Shown here in pieces: positions 1 through 8,406 of a DNA stretch of 64,000 nucleotides. The stretch lies in NCBI GenBank assembly GCA_025463785.1, contig JAODBD010000003.1, positions 525,287 through 589,286 on the forward strand, in the 5' to 3' direction. The notes beneath the pieces were generated by a model, which worked only from the letters and a program-made list of their open reading frames with translations, did no database searches and was not told the origin of the DNA. The stretch comes from Glaciihabitans sp. GTDB lineage: Bacteria > Actinomycetota > Actinomycetes > Actinomycetales > Microbacteriaceae. Within the stretch, counting starts at the first letter, position 1. Every line of letters starts with the position of its first letter. The position numbers were made by a program, and so were the translations under genes.

Positions 1-228
1 AGCACGGTTGAGCAGAAGCTGTCCGAACTGGGCGTCACCGACGTTGATATTGTCGGTATCGCGACCGACTACTGCGTGCGCGCTTCGGCCATTGACGCAC
101 TGCACTCGCACCGTCGCGTGCGCGTGCTGACCGACCTCATTGCGGGCGTTGCTCCCGACTCGAGTGCTGCGGCGCTCACAGAATTACGGCTGGCCGGTGC
201 CACCGTAGTCGCCGCGAACGGAGAATAA
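1..228 (+). CDS. cysteine hydrolase (isochorismatase/nicotinamidase family), C-terminal part; 5' end lies outside the window
   Basis: Frame 1 is open from base 1 to TAA at 226-228. The translation ...VDIVGIATDYCVRASAIDAL... carries the ATDYCV catalytic-Cys motif typical of PncA/isochorismatase-like hydrolases. Confidence 0.6.
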   Translation, partial: STVEQKLSELGVTDVDIVGIATDYCVRASAIDALHSHRRVRVLTDLIAGVAPDSSAAALTELRLAGATVVAANGE

Positions 229-335
229 GAACATCCGAATCCTCGGAGGCTGAACTGCTTGCGAAAGTGCCCGACCAGCTGTTCATCGGCGGCGAGTGGG
301 CCGGCCGGGAGGGCGGACTCGAGGGCCGTCGATGA
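228..335 (+). pseudogene. remnant of an aldehyde dehydrogenase N-terminus (GabD/SSADH-like)
   Basis: Frame 3 reads ...SEAELLAKVPDQLFIGGEWAGREGGLEGRR* with the stop at 333-335. LL..VP..LFIGGEW is the characteristic N-terminal signature of ALDH-superfamily enzymes. There is no start codon and no continuation in any frame. Confidence 0.45.
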
Positions 336-423
336 AGTATCTGATGACGCCGAACCCGTTCGCGTAGGCGCCAGCCACTCACGCAGCCCCCATCCACACC
401 GCATCCCACCCGTGCCCCGGGTT

Positions 424-505
424 GCATAACTCATGCCGATTGACGCCGGGAGGCCCGCGTCGCCGCGTGTCGCGGCAAAACCGTGGCAACTGTCAGGAGT
501 TATGC
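424..505. repeat. palindromic-terminus element, copy A1 (about 82 nt)
   Basis: Left arm GCATAACTC(ATGCC) at 424-437, right arm GAGTTATGC at 497-505 (exact reverse complements), and an internal conserved core GCGTGTCGC at 465-473. A C-rich tract (about 380-420) lies immediately to the left. Confidence 0.7.
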
Positions 506-606
506 GCGGCCGACGTCGACGGGTTGCGATGGTGACCGCGGCGCGCCAATCAGATCTCGGCCGGGCGACCGTGGGCTGGAATTCTGGCGCGGTCGAGTCG
601 GCCACC

Positions 607-692
607 GTGCATAACTCCGGCTAGTTTTGCTGCGGGAGGCTCTGCTGCCGCGTGTCGCAGGTGTTCCGTCGCGGATGACAGGAGTTATGCAC
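607..692. repeat. palindromic-terminus element, copy A2 (about 86 nt)
   Basis: GTGCATAACTCC at 607-618 and GGAGTTATGCAC at 681-692 form a 12 nt perfect inverted repeat. The core GCGTGTCGC lies at 650-658. The interior shares GGGAGGC...GCCGCGTGTCGC with copy A1. Confidence 0.7.
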
Positions 693-694
693 GT

Positions 695-796
695 GGGAGG
701 ACGGGCACGGCTGGGAGGACCGGGAGGACTGGCACGGCTGGGAGGACGGGCACGGCTGGGAGTACTGGGAGTACTGGGACTACCGGGAGGGACGGG
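695..796. repeat. 9-bp periodic G-rich tandem array (about 11 units, GGGAGGACN / GGCACGGCT / GGGAGTACT variants)
   Basis: Direct reading shows GGGAGGACG GGCACGGCT GGGAGGACC GGGAGGACT GGCACGGCT GGGAGGACG GGCACGGCT GGGAGTACT GGGAGTACT GGGACTACC GGGAGGGAC. The array ends at the trmH-family ATG (797). Confidence 0.8.
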
Positions 797-1588
797 ATGA
801 GCGTCATCGAGATCGACTCGCTCGACGATCCGCGGTTGGCCGACTACTCGCACCAGACCGACGTCGCGCTCAAGAAGTCGGGCGGCGGCCTGTACATCGC
901 AGAGTCGCTGCTGGTGCTCCAGCGTGCGATCGCCGCCGGGCACGTGCCGCGGTCGGTGCTTGCGCTCGGCAACTCGGTCACCGAGGCCGTCGCGGCGACC
1001 ATCGGTTTCGACATCCCGATCTTCAGCGGGCCATCCGACCTGCTGGAAGAGCTCACCGGCTACCTCCTGCATCGCGGCCTCATCGCCGCCATGAACCGTC
1101 CGCCGCTGCCCGAACCCCGTGAGTTGATTCGGGATGCCCGCCGCATCATCATCCTCGAAAACGTCGCAGATCCAACGAACGTCGGCGCCATCTTCCGCTC
1201 GGTCGCCGCGATAGGTGCGGATGCTGTGCTCGTCACTCCGCGCTGCTCCGACCCGTTCTACCGTCGCGCCATCCGCGTCAGCATGGGCACAGTGCTGCAG
1301 GTACCGTGGACGCGCGTCGGCGACTGGGCCGCGACCCGGGAACTGCTGACCACATCCGGATTCCAGCTGGCTGCGCTGGCGCTCTCGGATGACGCCGTCG
1401 ACCTGAAAACGTACGCCCGGTCTGCGCCCGCCCGCGTCGCCCTCGTGCTGGGTGCCGAGGGCGAGGGATTGACTCCGGAGGCGATCGCTGCCGCGGATGT
1501 GGTGGTGCGCATCCCAATGGCGCACGGTATCGACAGCCTCAACGTTGCGGCGACCGCGGCCGTGGCAATGTACGCGCTGGTGGATTAG
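797..1588 (+). CDS. TrmH/SpoU family RNA 2'-O-methyltransferase
   Basis: 263 aa ORF with the SpoU motifs ILENVADPTNVGAIFRS, LVLGAEGEGL and IPMAHGIDSLNVAATAAVAMY. Confidence 0.9.
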   Translation: MSVIEIDSLDDPRLADYSHQTDVALKKSGGGLYIAESLLVLQRAIAAGHVPRSVLALGNSVTEAVAATIGFDIPIFSGPSDLLEELTGYLLHRGLIAAMNRPPLPEPRELIRDARRIIILENVADPTNVGAIFRSVAAIGADAVLVTPRCSDPFYRRAIRVSMGTVLQVPWTRVGDWAATRELLTTSGFQLAALALSDDAVDLKTYARSAPARVALVLGAEGEGLTPEAIAAADVVVRIPMAHGIDSLNVAATAAVAMYALVD

Positions 1589-1651
1589 GGGTCAAACGAC
1601 GCTTCTCACGAGAGGGGCGCGAGGGGTAACCGCCTGCCACAATGTTCGTCC

Positions 1652-1675
1652 GCCTCACCTGAAAGCAGGCGAGGC
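1652..1675. terminator. hairpin between convergent genes (possible bidirectional terminator)
   Basis: GCCTC-A-CCTG / AAAG loop / CAGG-C-GAGGC. It sits directly downstream of the minus-strand ABC exporter stop (1676) and about 64 nt after the trmH-family stop. Confidence 0.4.
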
Positions 1676-3532
1676 TCAGACGAGCAGCTGGTGCTTCGCG
1701 AGTTCACGGTAGAGCGGCGTCGATGCGACCAGCTCGGAGTGGGTGCCGACGCCGACCACGAGGCCGTGGTCGAGCACCACGATTTGGTCGGAGTCGACGA
1801 CGGTCGAGAGGCGATGCGCGATGACGATCAGGGTGCGATTCTCGGCGACCGCATCGATGGCCTCCCGAAGCAGCTGCTCGTTGAGCCCGTCGAGCGACGA
1901 CGTCGACTCGTCCAGCAGCAGGATGGGCGGAGCCGACAACAGGGTTCGCGCGATCGCCAGGCGCTGGCGCTCGCCACCGGAAAGCATGATGCCGTCCTCG
2001 CCGACCTCGGCATCGAGCCCGAGTTCGTTGCGCTCGAGGACCTCGGTCAGGTTGACGGCGTGCAAAACCGAAATGCACTGCTGGTCGGTCGCGTCGGGCG
2101 AGCCGAGCGTCAGGTTTTGGCGGATTGTCCCGGCCAGAACAGGCGCATCCTGCTCGACGTAGCCGATCTGTGCGCGCAGCGCAGTGCGATCGAGGGCACG
2201 GATGTCGACGCCGCCCAGTCGCACCACGCCGGCGGTCGGGTCGTAGAATCGCTCGATCAGGGCAAGGATCGTGCTCTTCCCGGCGCCGGATGGCCCTACC
2301 AGCGCGGTGCGCTTGCCGTGCGGAACCGTGAACGAGACGCCGTGCAGCACCGTGAGATCGTGGGCAGGGAGGGCGTCGGGAGCGACCTCGGCGATGGCCT
2401 TCTCGGTCTCCGACTTGTGCGCCTTCTCTGGGTAGGTGAAGACGACGTTCTCGAAGCTGACAGCGGCGTCCTGTTCGATGGCGGCGACCGGGGCGACGCC
2501 GGCATCCGGCTCGGATTCGCTCGGCAGGTCGATGATCTCCTGGATGCGACCGAGTGCGCCGAGCGCCTGGCTCACCGAAGTGACGGCCCCGAACGCGGAG
2601 CCGAGCGGCGCGATCATGGTGAACAGCAGGATGATGAACGCGATGAGTGAGGCGATCGACAGCGCGCCACTCGCCACGCGGAAACCACCGACACCGAGGA
2701 CGACCAGCACGGAAACCTGGAGCGCAACACCCGCAATCGGCACGACCAGCGCCGAAACCTTCGCGACCTTGATGCCCATCGTCCAGGCGCCCTGCGCGTC
2801 CTCCTGCACGGCGTCGATCTCACGCTCGGTCGCGTTCGACGCGCGAATGGTGCGGATGGCGCCGAGCGCCCGCGAGACACTCGCGGCCAGCTCGCCAACC
2901 TTGGTTTGTTGGGCCTGGCTTGCGAGCCGAATGCGCCCGGACAGCGTGCCGACGCCCACGATCGACACCCCGATCACGAGCACTGTGAGCCCGAGCAGGA
3001 TCGGGTCGATGAACGCCATTGCGATGAGCGAGCCGATGAACTGCAACGCCCCACCGATCGAGTCGATGAGGCCCTGCGTCATGACCGAGTAGAGCAACGT
3101 TGTGTCGGAGCCGACACGGGAAACCAGGTCACCCGTGCGGCGCGTGTCGAACTCGCTGATCGGCAGCCCGAGCAGTCGTCGGATGAGTCGCTTGCGCACC
3201 GACAGCACAACGGTCGTTCCCATGCGCTGCAACAGGTAGTGCTGCACGCCGCTGATGAGGGCGGATGCCACCAGCAGGATGATCACGGTGGCCGCGATCC
3301 ACCCCCACGGCTGCTTCGCCTGGAACACGGTGATGCCCTGCCGAACCAGCAACGGCTGTGCAACGGTCGTGAGCGAACCGATCACGCTGAGGATCACGAC
3401 GACCGCGACCATCGCCTTGTTCTGCAGCAAATAGGGGAGCAGCTGGCTGAATTTCGCCCGCGGTCCCTCGCTCGACTTGCCGCGACCGAAGAGGCCGCGC
3501 CGCGCTGGCGCCGCCTGGGTATCTGTGCTCAT
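1676..3532 (-). CDS. ABC transporter, fused permease/ATP-binding protein (MsbA/multidrug-exporter type)
   Basis: The ORF is 1676..3649; the internal ATG at 3532 (MSTDTQAAP...) was chosen as start. It has six N-terminal TM segments, Walker A GPSGAGKST, the signature LSGGERQR and Walker B ILLLDE. Confidence 0.88.
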   Translation of the reverse strand: MSTDTQAAPARRGLFGRGKSSEGPRAKFSQLLPYLLQNKAMVAVVVILSVIGSLTTVAQPLLVRQGITVFQAKQPWGWIAATVIILLVASALISGVQHYLLQRMGTTVVLSVRKRLIRRLLGLPISEFDTRRTGDLVSRVGSDTTLLYSVMTQGLIDSIGGALQFIGSLIAMAFIDPILLGLTVLVIGVSIVGVGTLSGRIRLASQAQQTKVGELAASVSRALGAIRTIRASNATEREIDAVQEDAQGAWTMGIKVAKVSALVVPIAGVALQVSVLVVLGVGGFRVASGALSIASLIAFIILLFTMIAPLGSAFGAVTSVSQALGALGRIQEIIDLPSESEPDAGVAPVAAIEQDAAVSFENVVFTYPEKAHKSETEKAIAEVAPDALPAHDLTVLHGVSFTVPHGKRTALVGPSGAGKSTILALIERFYDPTAGVVRLGGVDIRALDRTALRAQIGYVEQDAPVLAGTIRQNLTLGSPDATDQQCISVLHAVNLTEVLERNELGLDAEVGEDGIMLSGGERQRLAIARTLLSAPPILLLDESTSSLDGLNEQLLREAIDAVAENRTLIVIAHRLSTVVDSDQIVVLDHGLVVGVGTHSELVASTPLYRELAKHQLLV

Positions 3533-3642
3533 GGGATCAGCTTCGTCCGTACTTCTTGTGAACTGCCTGTTTGGATACGACGCGGATGCGCGCTTTCCGC
3601 GGCAATCCGGCGGGTCAGTCGTCTGGTCTAGGCTCTTATCCC

Positions 3643-4569
3643 GTGCCACAAGCCGTGATTACAGCATCGTCGCTGACCAAGAAGTATAAGGATTTTGTCG
3701 CCGTCGACGGAATCTCGTTCGAGGTTGCGCCCGGCGAATCCTTCGGGCTCCTCGGGCCGAACGGTGCTGGCAAGTCCACCACGATGCGCATGGTCGGCGC
3801 CGTGTCGACGCGGACGAGTGGCGATCTCAGCATCCTGGGTCTCGACCCCAATGACCACGGCCCTGAGATCCGGTCGCAGCTGGGTGTCGTTCCCCAGCAG
3901 GACAACCTCGACCAGGAGCTTCGGGTTCGCGACAACCTCATCGTGTACGGCCGCTACTTCGGCATCCCGGCCAGGCAGGTCGCCAGGCGTGCCGATGAGC
4001 TGCTCGAGTTCGCGCAACTCACCGATCGGGCGAAGTCGCGGGTGGACGACCTCTCCGGGGGGATGAAGCGGCGGCTCACGATCGCGCGCGCTCTCGTGAA
4101 TGACCCCCGCATCCTGTTGCTCGACGAGCCGACGACGGGGCTCGACCCGCAGGCTCGGCACATTCTGTGGGATCGCCTGTTTCGGTTGAAAGAACAGGGC
4201 ACGACCCTCGTACTCACGACGCACTACATGGACGAGGCAGAGCAGCTCTGCGACCGGATCGTGGTCGTCGACAAGGGCGCAATCATGGCCGAAGGATCGC
4301 CGGCCGCGCTGATCAAGCAGTACTCGACCCGCGAGGTTGTTGAGGTGCGCTTCGGATCGGACCGCAATGCCCAGGTCGCCACACAGCTCGACGGGATTGG
4401 CGAACGCAGCGAGGTGCTGCCCGACCGCATCCTGATTTACAGCGACAATGGCGAGGCCGCTCTCACGAGGATCGTTGAGCGCGGCCTCAGCCCGATGACG
4501 AGCCTCGTGCGCCGGTCGAGCCTCGAGGATGTATTCCTTCGGCTGACCGGTCGGAGCCTGATCGAATGA
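3643..4569 (+). CDS. ABC transporter ATP-binding protein (DrrA/NodI-like, ABC-2 exporter ATPase)
   Basis: Walker A GPNGAGKST, signature LSGGMKRR and Walker B LLLDEPT. The start is uncertain: GTG 3643 or GTG 3655, while the ORF is open from 3571. Confidence 0.88.
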   Translation: MPQAVITASSLTKKYKDFVAVDGISFEVAPGESFGLLGPNGAGKSTTMRMVGAVSTRTSGDLSILGLDPNDHGPEIRSQLGVVPQQDNLDQELRVRDNLIVYGRYFGIPARQVARRADELLEFAQLTDRAKSRVDDLSGGMKRRLTIARALVNDPRILLLDEPTTGLDPQARHILWDRLFRLKEQGTTLVLTTHYMDEAEQLCDRIVVVDKGAIMAEGSPAALIKQYSTREVVEVRFGSDRNAQVATQLDGIGERSEVLPDRILIYSDNGEAALTRIVERGLSPMTSLVRRSSLEDVFLRLTGRSLIE

Positions 4570-5384
4570 CCACGGCAGTGGAGCGCGACGCCATCATCGC
4601 GGCCGGCAGCAAGCCGCGCCGGTGGGGGTCGTTCTATGTCGCTGAGCACCGTATCCGTTCCATGCGCGCATACCTTCAGACGCTCGTCGTCACCAGCTTT
4701 GGCAACCCGCTGGTGTACCTCTTCGGCCTTGGCGTCGGCCTCGCGCGCCTGGTGCCGACCGAGATCGGACACGCGACCTACCTCGAGTTCGTCGCACCCG
4801 CACTGCTCGCTTCGGCTGCGGTGACCGTGGCGGCGGAGGAGTGCACCTACCCCGTGCTGATGGGCTTCAAGTGGAATCCCATCTTCTACGCCATGAACGC
4901 TGCGCCCATCTCTGGCACGCAGATCGTCAACGGCCTGGTGCTCGCCGTTGGGGTGCGTATGCTGCCGACCGTCGGCATCTACTTCGTGTTCATGCTGCTG
5001 TTCGGGGCGGTGCCCAGCGCGCTCGGTGTGCTCGGCATCCTCATCGCCGTTTTTACCGGGATGTCCGTCGGCCTGCTGATCATGGCCTACACCTCGACGA
5101 TAGTTGAGGATCGCGGCCAGATGGCCCTCATCCAGCGCTTCGGAATCATGCCGATGTTCCTCTTCTCGGGTACGTTCTTCCCGATCACCCAGCTGCCGGT
5201 CTACCTGCAATGGATCGGCTGGATCTCGCCGCTCTGGCACGGCACGCAGCTCGGGCGGGATGCCAGCTACGGGCAAAGCGAACCAGTCTGGCTCATCGCG
5301 GTCCACATCGCGTACCCGCTCGCGCTCGGTGCCTTCGGCTGGTGGTCGACGGCCCGCACCGTGACGAGGAGGTTGAACGCATGA
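4566..5384 (+). CDS. ABC-2 type transporter permease
   Basis: 272 aa polytopic membrane protein. Its ATG overlaps the ATPase stop (ATGA). Confidence 0.85.
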   Translation: MTTAVERDAIIAAGSKPRRWGSFYVAEHRIRSMRAYLQTLVVTSFGNPLVYLFGLGVGLARLVPTEIGHATYLEFVAPALLASAAVTVAAEECTYPVLMGFKWNPIFYAMNAAPISGTQIVNGLVLAVGVRMLPTVGIYFVFMLLFGAVPSALGVLGILIAVFTGMSVGLLIMAYTSTIVEDRGQMALIQRFGIMPMFLFSGTFFPITQLPVYLQWIGWISPLWHGTQLGRDASYGQSEPVWLIAVHIAYPLALGAFGWWSTARTVTRRLNA

Positions 5385-6217
5385 CGACAACGCCAGCCGC
5401 GCCCAGCACGTTCACGCCGCCGTCGCGCGGGCGGTTGCTCGGCTCGATCTATGCGGGCAACTCGCGCGCCGTTCTCGGTCGCGGCCTTCTCGCAACGCGT
5501 ACCTCCAACTATTGGATCATCCTCAGCGGCTTCTTCGAGCCCGTGTTCTACCTGTTGTCGCTCGGTATTGGGCTCGGGTCACTCATCCACGGCGTGACTA
5601 CGACGACGGGGCAGGTGGTCTCGTACCAGGCGTACATCGCGCCTGCGCTGTTGGCGGTTTCGGCCATGAATGGCGCCATCTACGACTCCACGTGGAACGT
5701 CTTCTTCAAGATGAACTACGCGAAGCTGTACGAGGGGATGCTGGCGACATCCATTGGTCCCTTCGATGTCGCGCTCGGCGAAATTGCGTTCGCTCTGCTG
5801 CGCGGGCTGCTGTACGCCATCGGATTCATGGTCGTCATGCAGGTGTTCGGGCTGAACCTCGCCTGGACCGCGCTCCTCGCCCTGCCCGCAGTTCTGCTCA
5901 TCGCCTTCGGCTTCGCCAGCCTCGGGATGGCCGTGACAAGTTACATGAAAACCTTCCAGCAGATGGACTGGATCAACTTCGTGATGCTGCCGATGTTCAT
6001 CTTTTCGGCGACGTTCTACCCGATCACGGTCTACCCGCAGGCTATCCAGTACATCATCGAGGTGCTGCCGCTCTGGCACGGGGTCGAACTCGTGCGGGGG
6101 CTGACGACGGGGTCACTCAGCTGGGGGCTTCTCTGGCACGTGCTGTATTTTGCGGTGATGATCACAATCGGACTGATCTTCACGACCAAGCGGCTCAAGG
6201 CGCTGTTTCTCAACTGA
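5381..6217 (+). CDS. ABC-2 type transporter permease (second subunit)
   Basis: The internal ATG at 5381 (MTTTPAAPS...) overlaps the previous stop (ATGA). The protein is polytopic and paralogous to the preceding permease. Confidence 0.85.
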   Translation: MTTTPAAPSTFTPPSRGRLLGSIYAGNSRAVLGRGLLATRTSNYWIILSGFFEPVFYLLSLGIGLGSLIHGVTTTTGQVVSYQAYIAPALLAVSAMNGAIYDSTWNVFFKMNYAKLYEGMLATSIGPFDVALGEIAFALLRGLLYAIGFMVVMQVFGLNLAWTALLALPAVLLIAFGFASLGMAVTSYMKTFQQMDWINFVMLPMFIFSATFYPITVYPQAIQYIIEVLPLWHGVELVRGLTTGSLSWGLLWHVLYFAVMITIGLIFTTKRLKALFLN

Positions 6218-6936
6218 TGGCCGTTCGCAAGTCGAGATCTCCTGGTCGGCCGCGGCATCCGGCTCGTACCCGCGCCGATGGGCGATCTCGAGCGGCACGG
6301 GCACGGACCGTCGCTCGCTATCGCGCCGCTCGCCGCAGTCGGAGGCTTGCGGCAATTCTCGTTGGCGTCGGGCTTTTTGCTGTCGTGATCGTTGTCGCCG
6401 TCGTCCTTCTGCGCCCGACCCCGACGCTTGCGCCACCGCGCGCCCATCCGCTTGCCGTGAGCTGTCCGGATGTGCTGCCGGTCATGGTCGGCAAGCTCCG
6501 CGTGCCCGCTGGCCCCATCGGCGGCTATTGCCAGCCGCAGCTCATCAACGCCGCCCTGATCATGAACGCGGGGCGCCAGTACGTCCTGCCCATCCGCAGT
6601 CAGGAGATCGGCGTGATGACGGCCATCGGTGAGTCCGGCCTGCGAAACCTCACCTTCGGTGACAAGGTAGGCCCCGACAGCCGCGGCGTGTTTCAGCAGC
6701 GAAGAAACTGGGGGCCGCTCTCGGAGCGGATGAATCCGTACATCGCCGCCCAGAAATTCTTCGGCCGGATGCTCGGTGTCCCCGGTTGGAACACCCGGCC
6801 GCCGACCGAAGTTGCGCACGCCGTCCAGGCCAACGCCGATCCCAACTACTACACGAAGTTCTGGGCGAGGGCGCAGGAGATTGTGGTGGCGCTCGCCGCC
6901 GACGAAGTGGTGATTCACCGGCGTGGAGTCGTGTAG
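6217..6936 (+). CDS. membrane-anchored hypothetical protein with an SLT/lysozyme-like motif (GESGLRNL...DSRGVFQQR)
   Basis: The ATG at 6217 overlaps the permease stop (TGATG). It has an Arg-rich N-terminus, one TM (LAAILVGVGLFAVVIVVAVVLL) and an extracytoplasmic domain. The functional call is inferred from motif resemblance only. Confidence 0.6.
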   Translation: MAVRKSRSPGRPRHPARTRADGRSRAARARTVARYRAARRSRRLAAILVGVGLFAVVIVVAVVLLRPTPTLAPPRAHPLAVSCPDVLPVMVGKLRVPAGPIGGYCQPQLINAALIMNAGRQYVLPIRSQEIGVMTAIGESGLRNLTFGDKVGPDSRGVFQQRRNWGPLSERMNPYIAAQKFFGRMLGVPGWNTRPPTEVAHAVQANADPNYYTKFWARAQEIVVALAADEVVIHRRGVV

Positions 6937-6956
6937 CGGGTGCAGTCGCGCGCGAC

Positions 6957-7838
6957 CTACCGGGTGAGCGGCGGCTGTGCCCCAACGTACTGCACGGCCG
7001 CACCGCCCGCGACGATGCCGGCCTTTACCGCCTCGGCGAGGCTTGAGCCATCTGCCAGAGCGGCCGCCAGGGCACCCGCAAACGCGTCGCCGGCACCGGT
7101 CGTGTCGACCACCGGAACGCGTTCCGCCAGAATGTGCTGCACTCCGCTGGCGTCGGCGACTACCGCGCCATCGCCTCCCAGCGTGATTGCAACCGAGCGG
7201 CTGGAAGCGAGCAGGCGCTTCGCGACGATCTGGGCATCCACGGGGCTGTCGATGATGCTGCCGGCGAGTTCAGAGGCCTCGGTCTCATTGAGGATGAGCG
7301 GGTCTGCCCAGCCGAGGGTGTGCGACGGCACTCTTTGGGAGGGCGAGAGGTTGAGCACGAAGCGACCACCGAGTTTCTCGGTCGCGGTCGCGGCTGCGGC
7401 GACAACCTCGACGGGAATCTCGAGTTGGGCGAGTACGACCGATCCCGCGGTGACCAGCTCGTTCACCCGCGCGACGACGGCGTCCACCTCGAGGGTGCCG
7501 TTGGCCCCGGCGGAGACGACGATCGAGTTCTCGCCATCATGGGTCACGGTGATCAGCGCGACACCGGTCGCCGTGGTCGACCTCACGACACACGAAACGT
7601 CGACACCGACCGCTTCGAGATCAGCAAGGATGTCCGCCCCGGTCGAGTCGTCGCCGACGGCTGCCAGAAACACGGGCTTCGCTCCCGCACGCGCCGCGGC
7701 GGCAGCCTGGTTGGCGCCCTTGCCGCCGGTGCCGGTGGAGACCTGCCCGCCGAGTACCGTCTCGCCGGGCAGCGGATGCCGGTCGACGAGCACCGTGTAG
7801 TCGCGGTTGGCCGAACCCAGGACGATGAGGCGAGCCAT
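6957..7838 (-). CDS. rbsK: ribokinase (PfkB family)
   Basis: MARLIVLGSANRDY..., GGKGANQAAAAA and DTTGAGDAFAGAL motifs. The internal ATG at 7838 was chosen as start. Confidence 0.85.
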   Translation of the reverse strand: MARLIVLGSANRDYTVLVDRHPLPGETVLGGQVSTGTGGKGANQAAAAARAGAKPVFLAAVGDDSTGADILADLEAVGVDVSCVVRSTTATGVALITVTHDGENSIVVSAGANGTLEVDAVVARVNELVTAGSVVLAQLEIPVEVVAAAATATEKLGGRFVLNLSPSQRVPSHTLGWADPLILNETEASELAGSIIDSPVDAQIVAKRLLASSRSVAITLGGDGAVVADASGVQHILAERVPVVDTTGAGDAFAGALAAALADGSSLAEAVKAGIVAGGAAVQYVGAQPPLTR

Positions 7839-7914
7839 CCCGTTACTCGGCCATCGTCGTGCGGTCGGCATCACAAGTTTTCTTGCTGGTCACCGCACCA
7901 TGCTAGTAGCGACG

Positions 7915-8406
7915 CTACTGGTGAACCGCGCCACCGCGGCGGAGTGACCGCAACAGGACGGCCGTCGCGACGGCGGCCTCTGCGGCCTCTTCGCCCTTGT
8001 CTTCCTTTGAGCCGGGGAGACCTGCCCGGTCGAGACCCTGCTGCTCGTCATCGAGGGTGAGCAGCCCGAAGCCGATGGGCTTGCCCGTCGCGATCGAGAC
8101 CTCGGTGAGGCCGCTGGTTGCGGCATCCGACACGTACTCGAAGTGCGGGGTGCCTCCACGGATTATGACGCCGAGGGCGACCACGGCATCCGCCCCTGCT
8201 TCCAGCACCGCCTTCGAGACCACGGGCAGTTCGAAGCTGCCAGGCACGCGCACTTCGGTCACCTCGACGTTGGATGCGGCGAGCGCACGGTGGGCGCCGG
8301 CGAGCAGTCCGTTCGAGATCTCTTCGTGCCATTGGCCGGCGACGATCGTCACCTTGAGTCCGGTGCCGTCGGTGTGCTGGATGCTGGGTGCGCCCGAGCC
8401 GCTCAT
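7915..8406 (-). CDS. ribH: 6,7-dimethyl-8-ribityllumazine synthase
   Basis: 163 aa with VPGSFELP and IRGGTPHFEYV motifs. It is the last gene of the rib operon. Confidence 0.93.
   Translation of the reverse strand: MSGSGAPSIQHTDGTGLKVTIVAGQWHEEISNGLLAGAHRALAASNVEVTEVRVPGSFELPVVSKAVLEAGADAVVALGVIIRGGTPHFEYVSDAATSGLTEVSIATGKPIGFGLLTLDDEQQGLDRAGLPGSKEDKGEEAAEAAVATAVLLRSLRRGGAVHQ

Noticed and set aside
695-1588. Collagen-like (Gly-X-Y)n N-terminal extension of the TrmH-family protein.
   Set aside because: The frame is open, but I found no in-frame ATG/GTG/TTG upstream of 797. Homologues of this family normally start close to the MSVIEIDSLDDPRL sequence. The array is therefore treated as non-coding DNA, and the observation is reported as a low-interest finding.
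5512-6936. Very long composite ORFs in the track taken at face value: 5512-6936, 14588-16063, 34783-36972, 35674-37209, 38365-40128, 41285-42796, 57239-59152 and 11498-12802.
   Set aside because: The N-terminal parts overlap neighbouring genes or riboswitch/intergenic DNA and have junk composition. Internal start codons with SD sequences or stop-start overlaps give proteins of normal family length, so the trimmed coordinates are reported instead.
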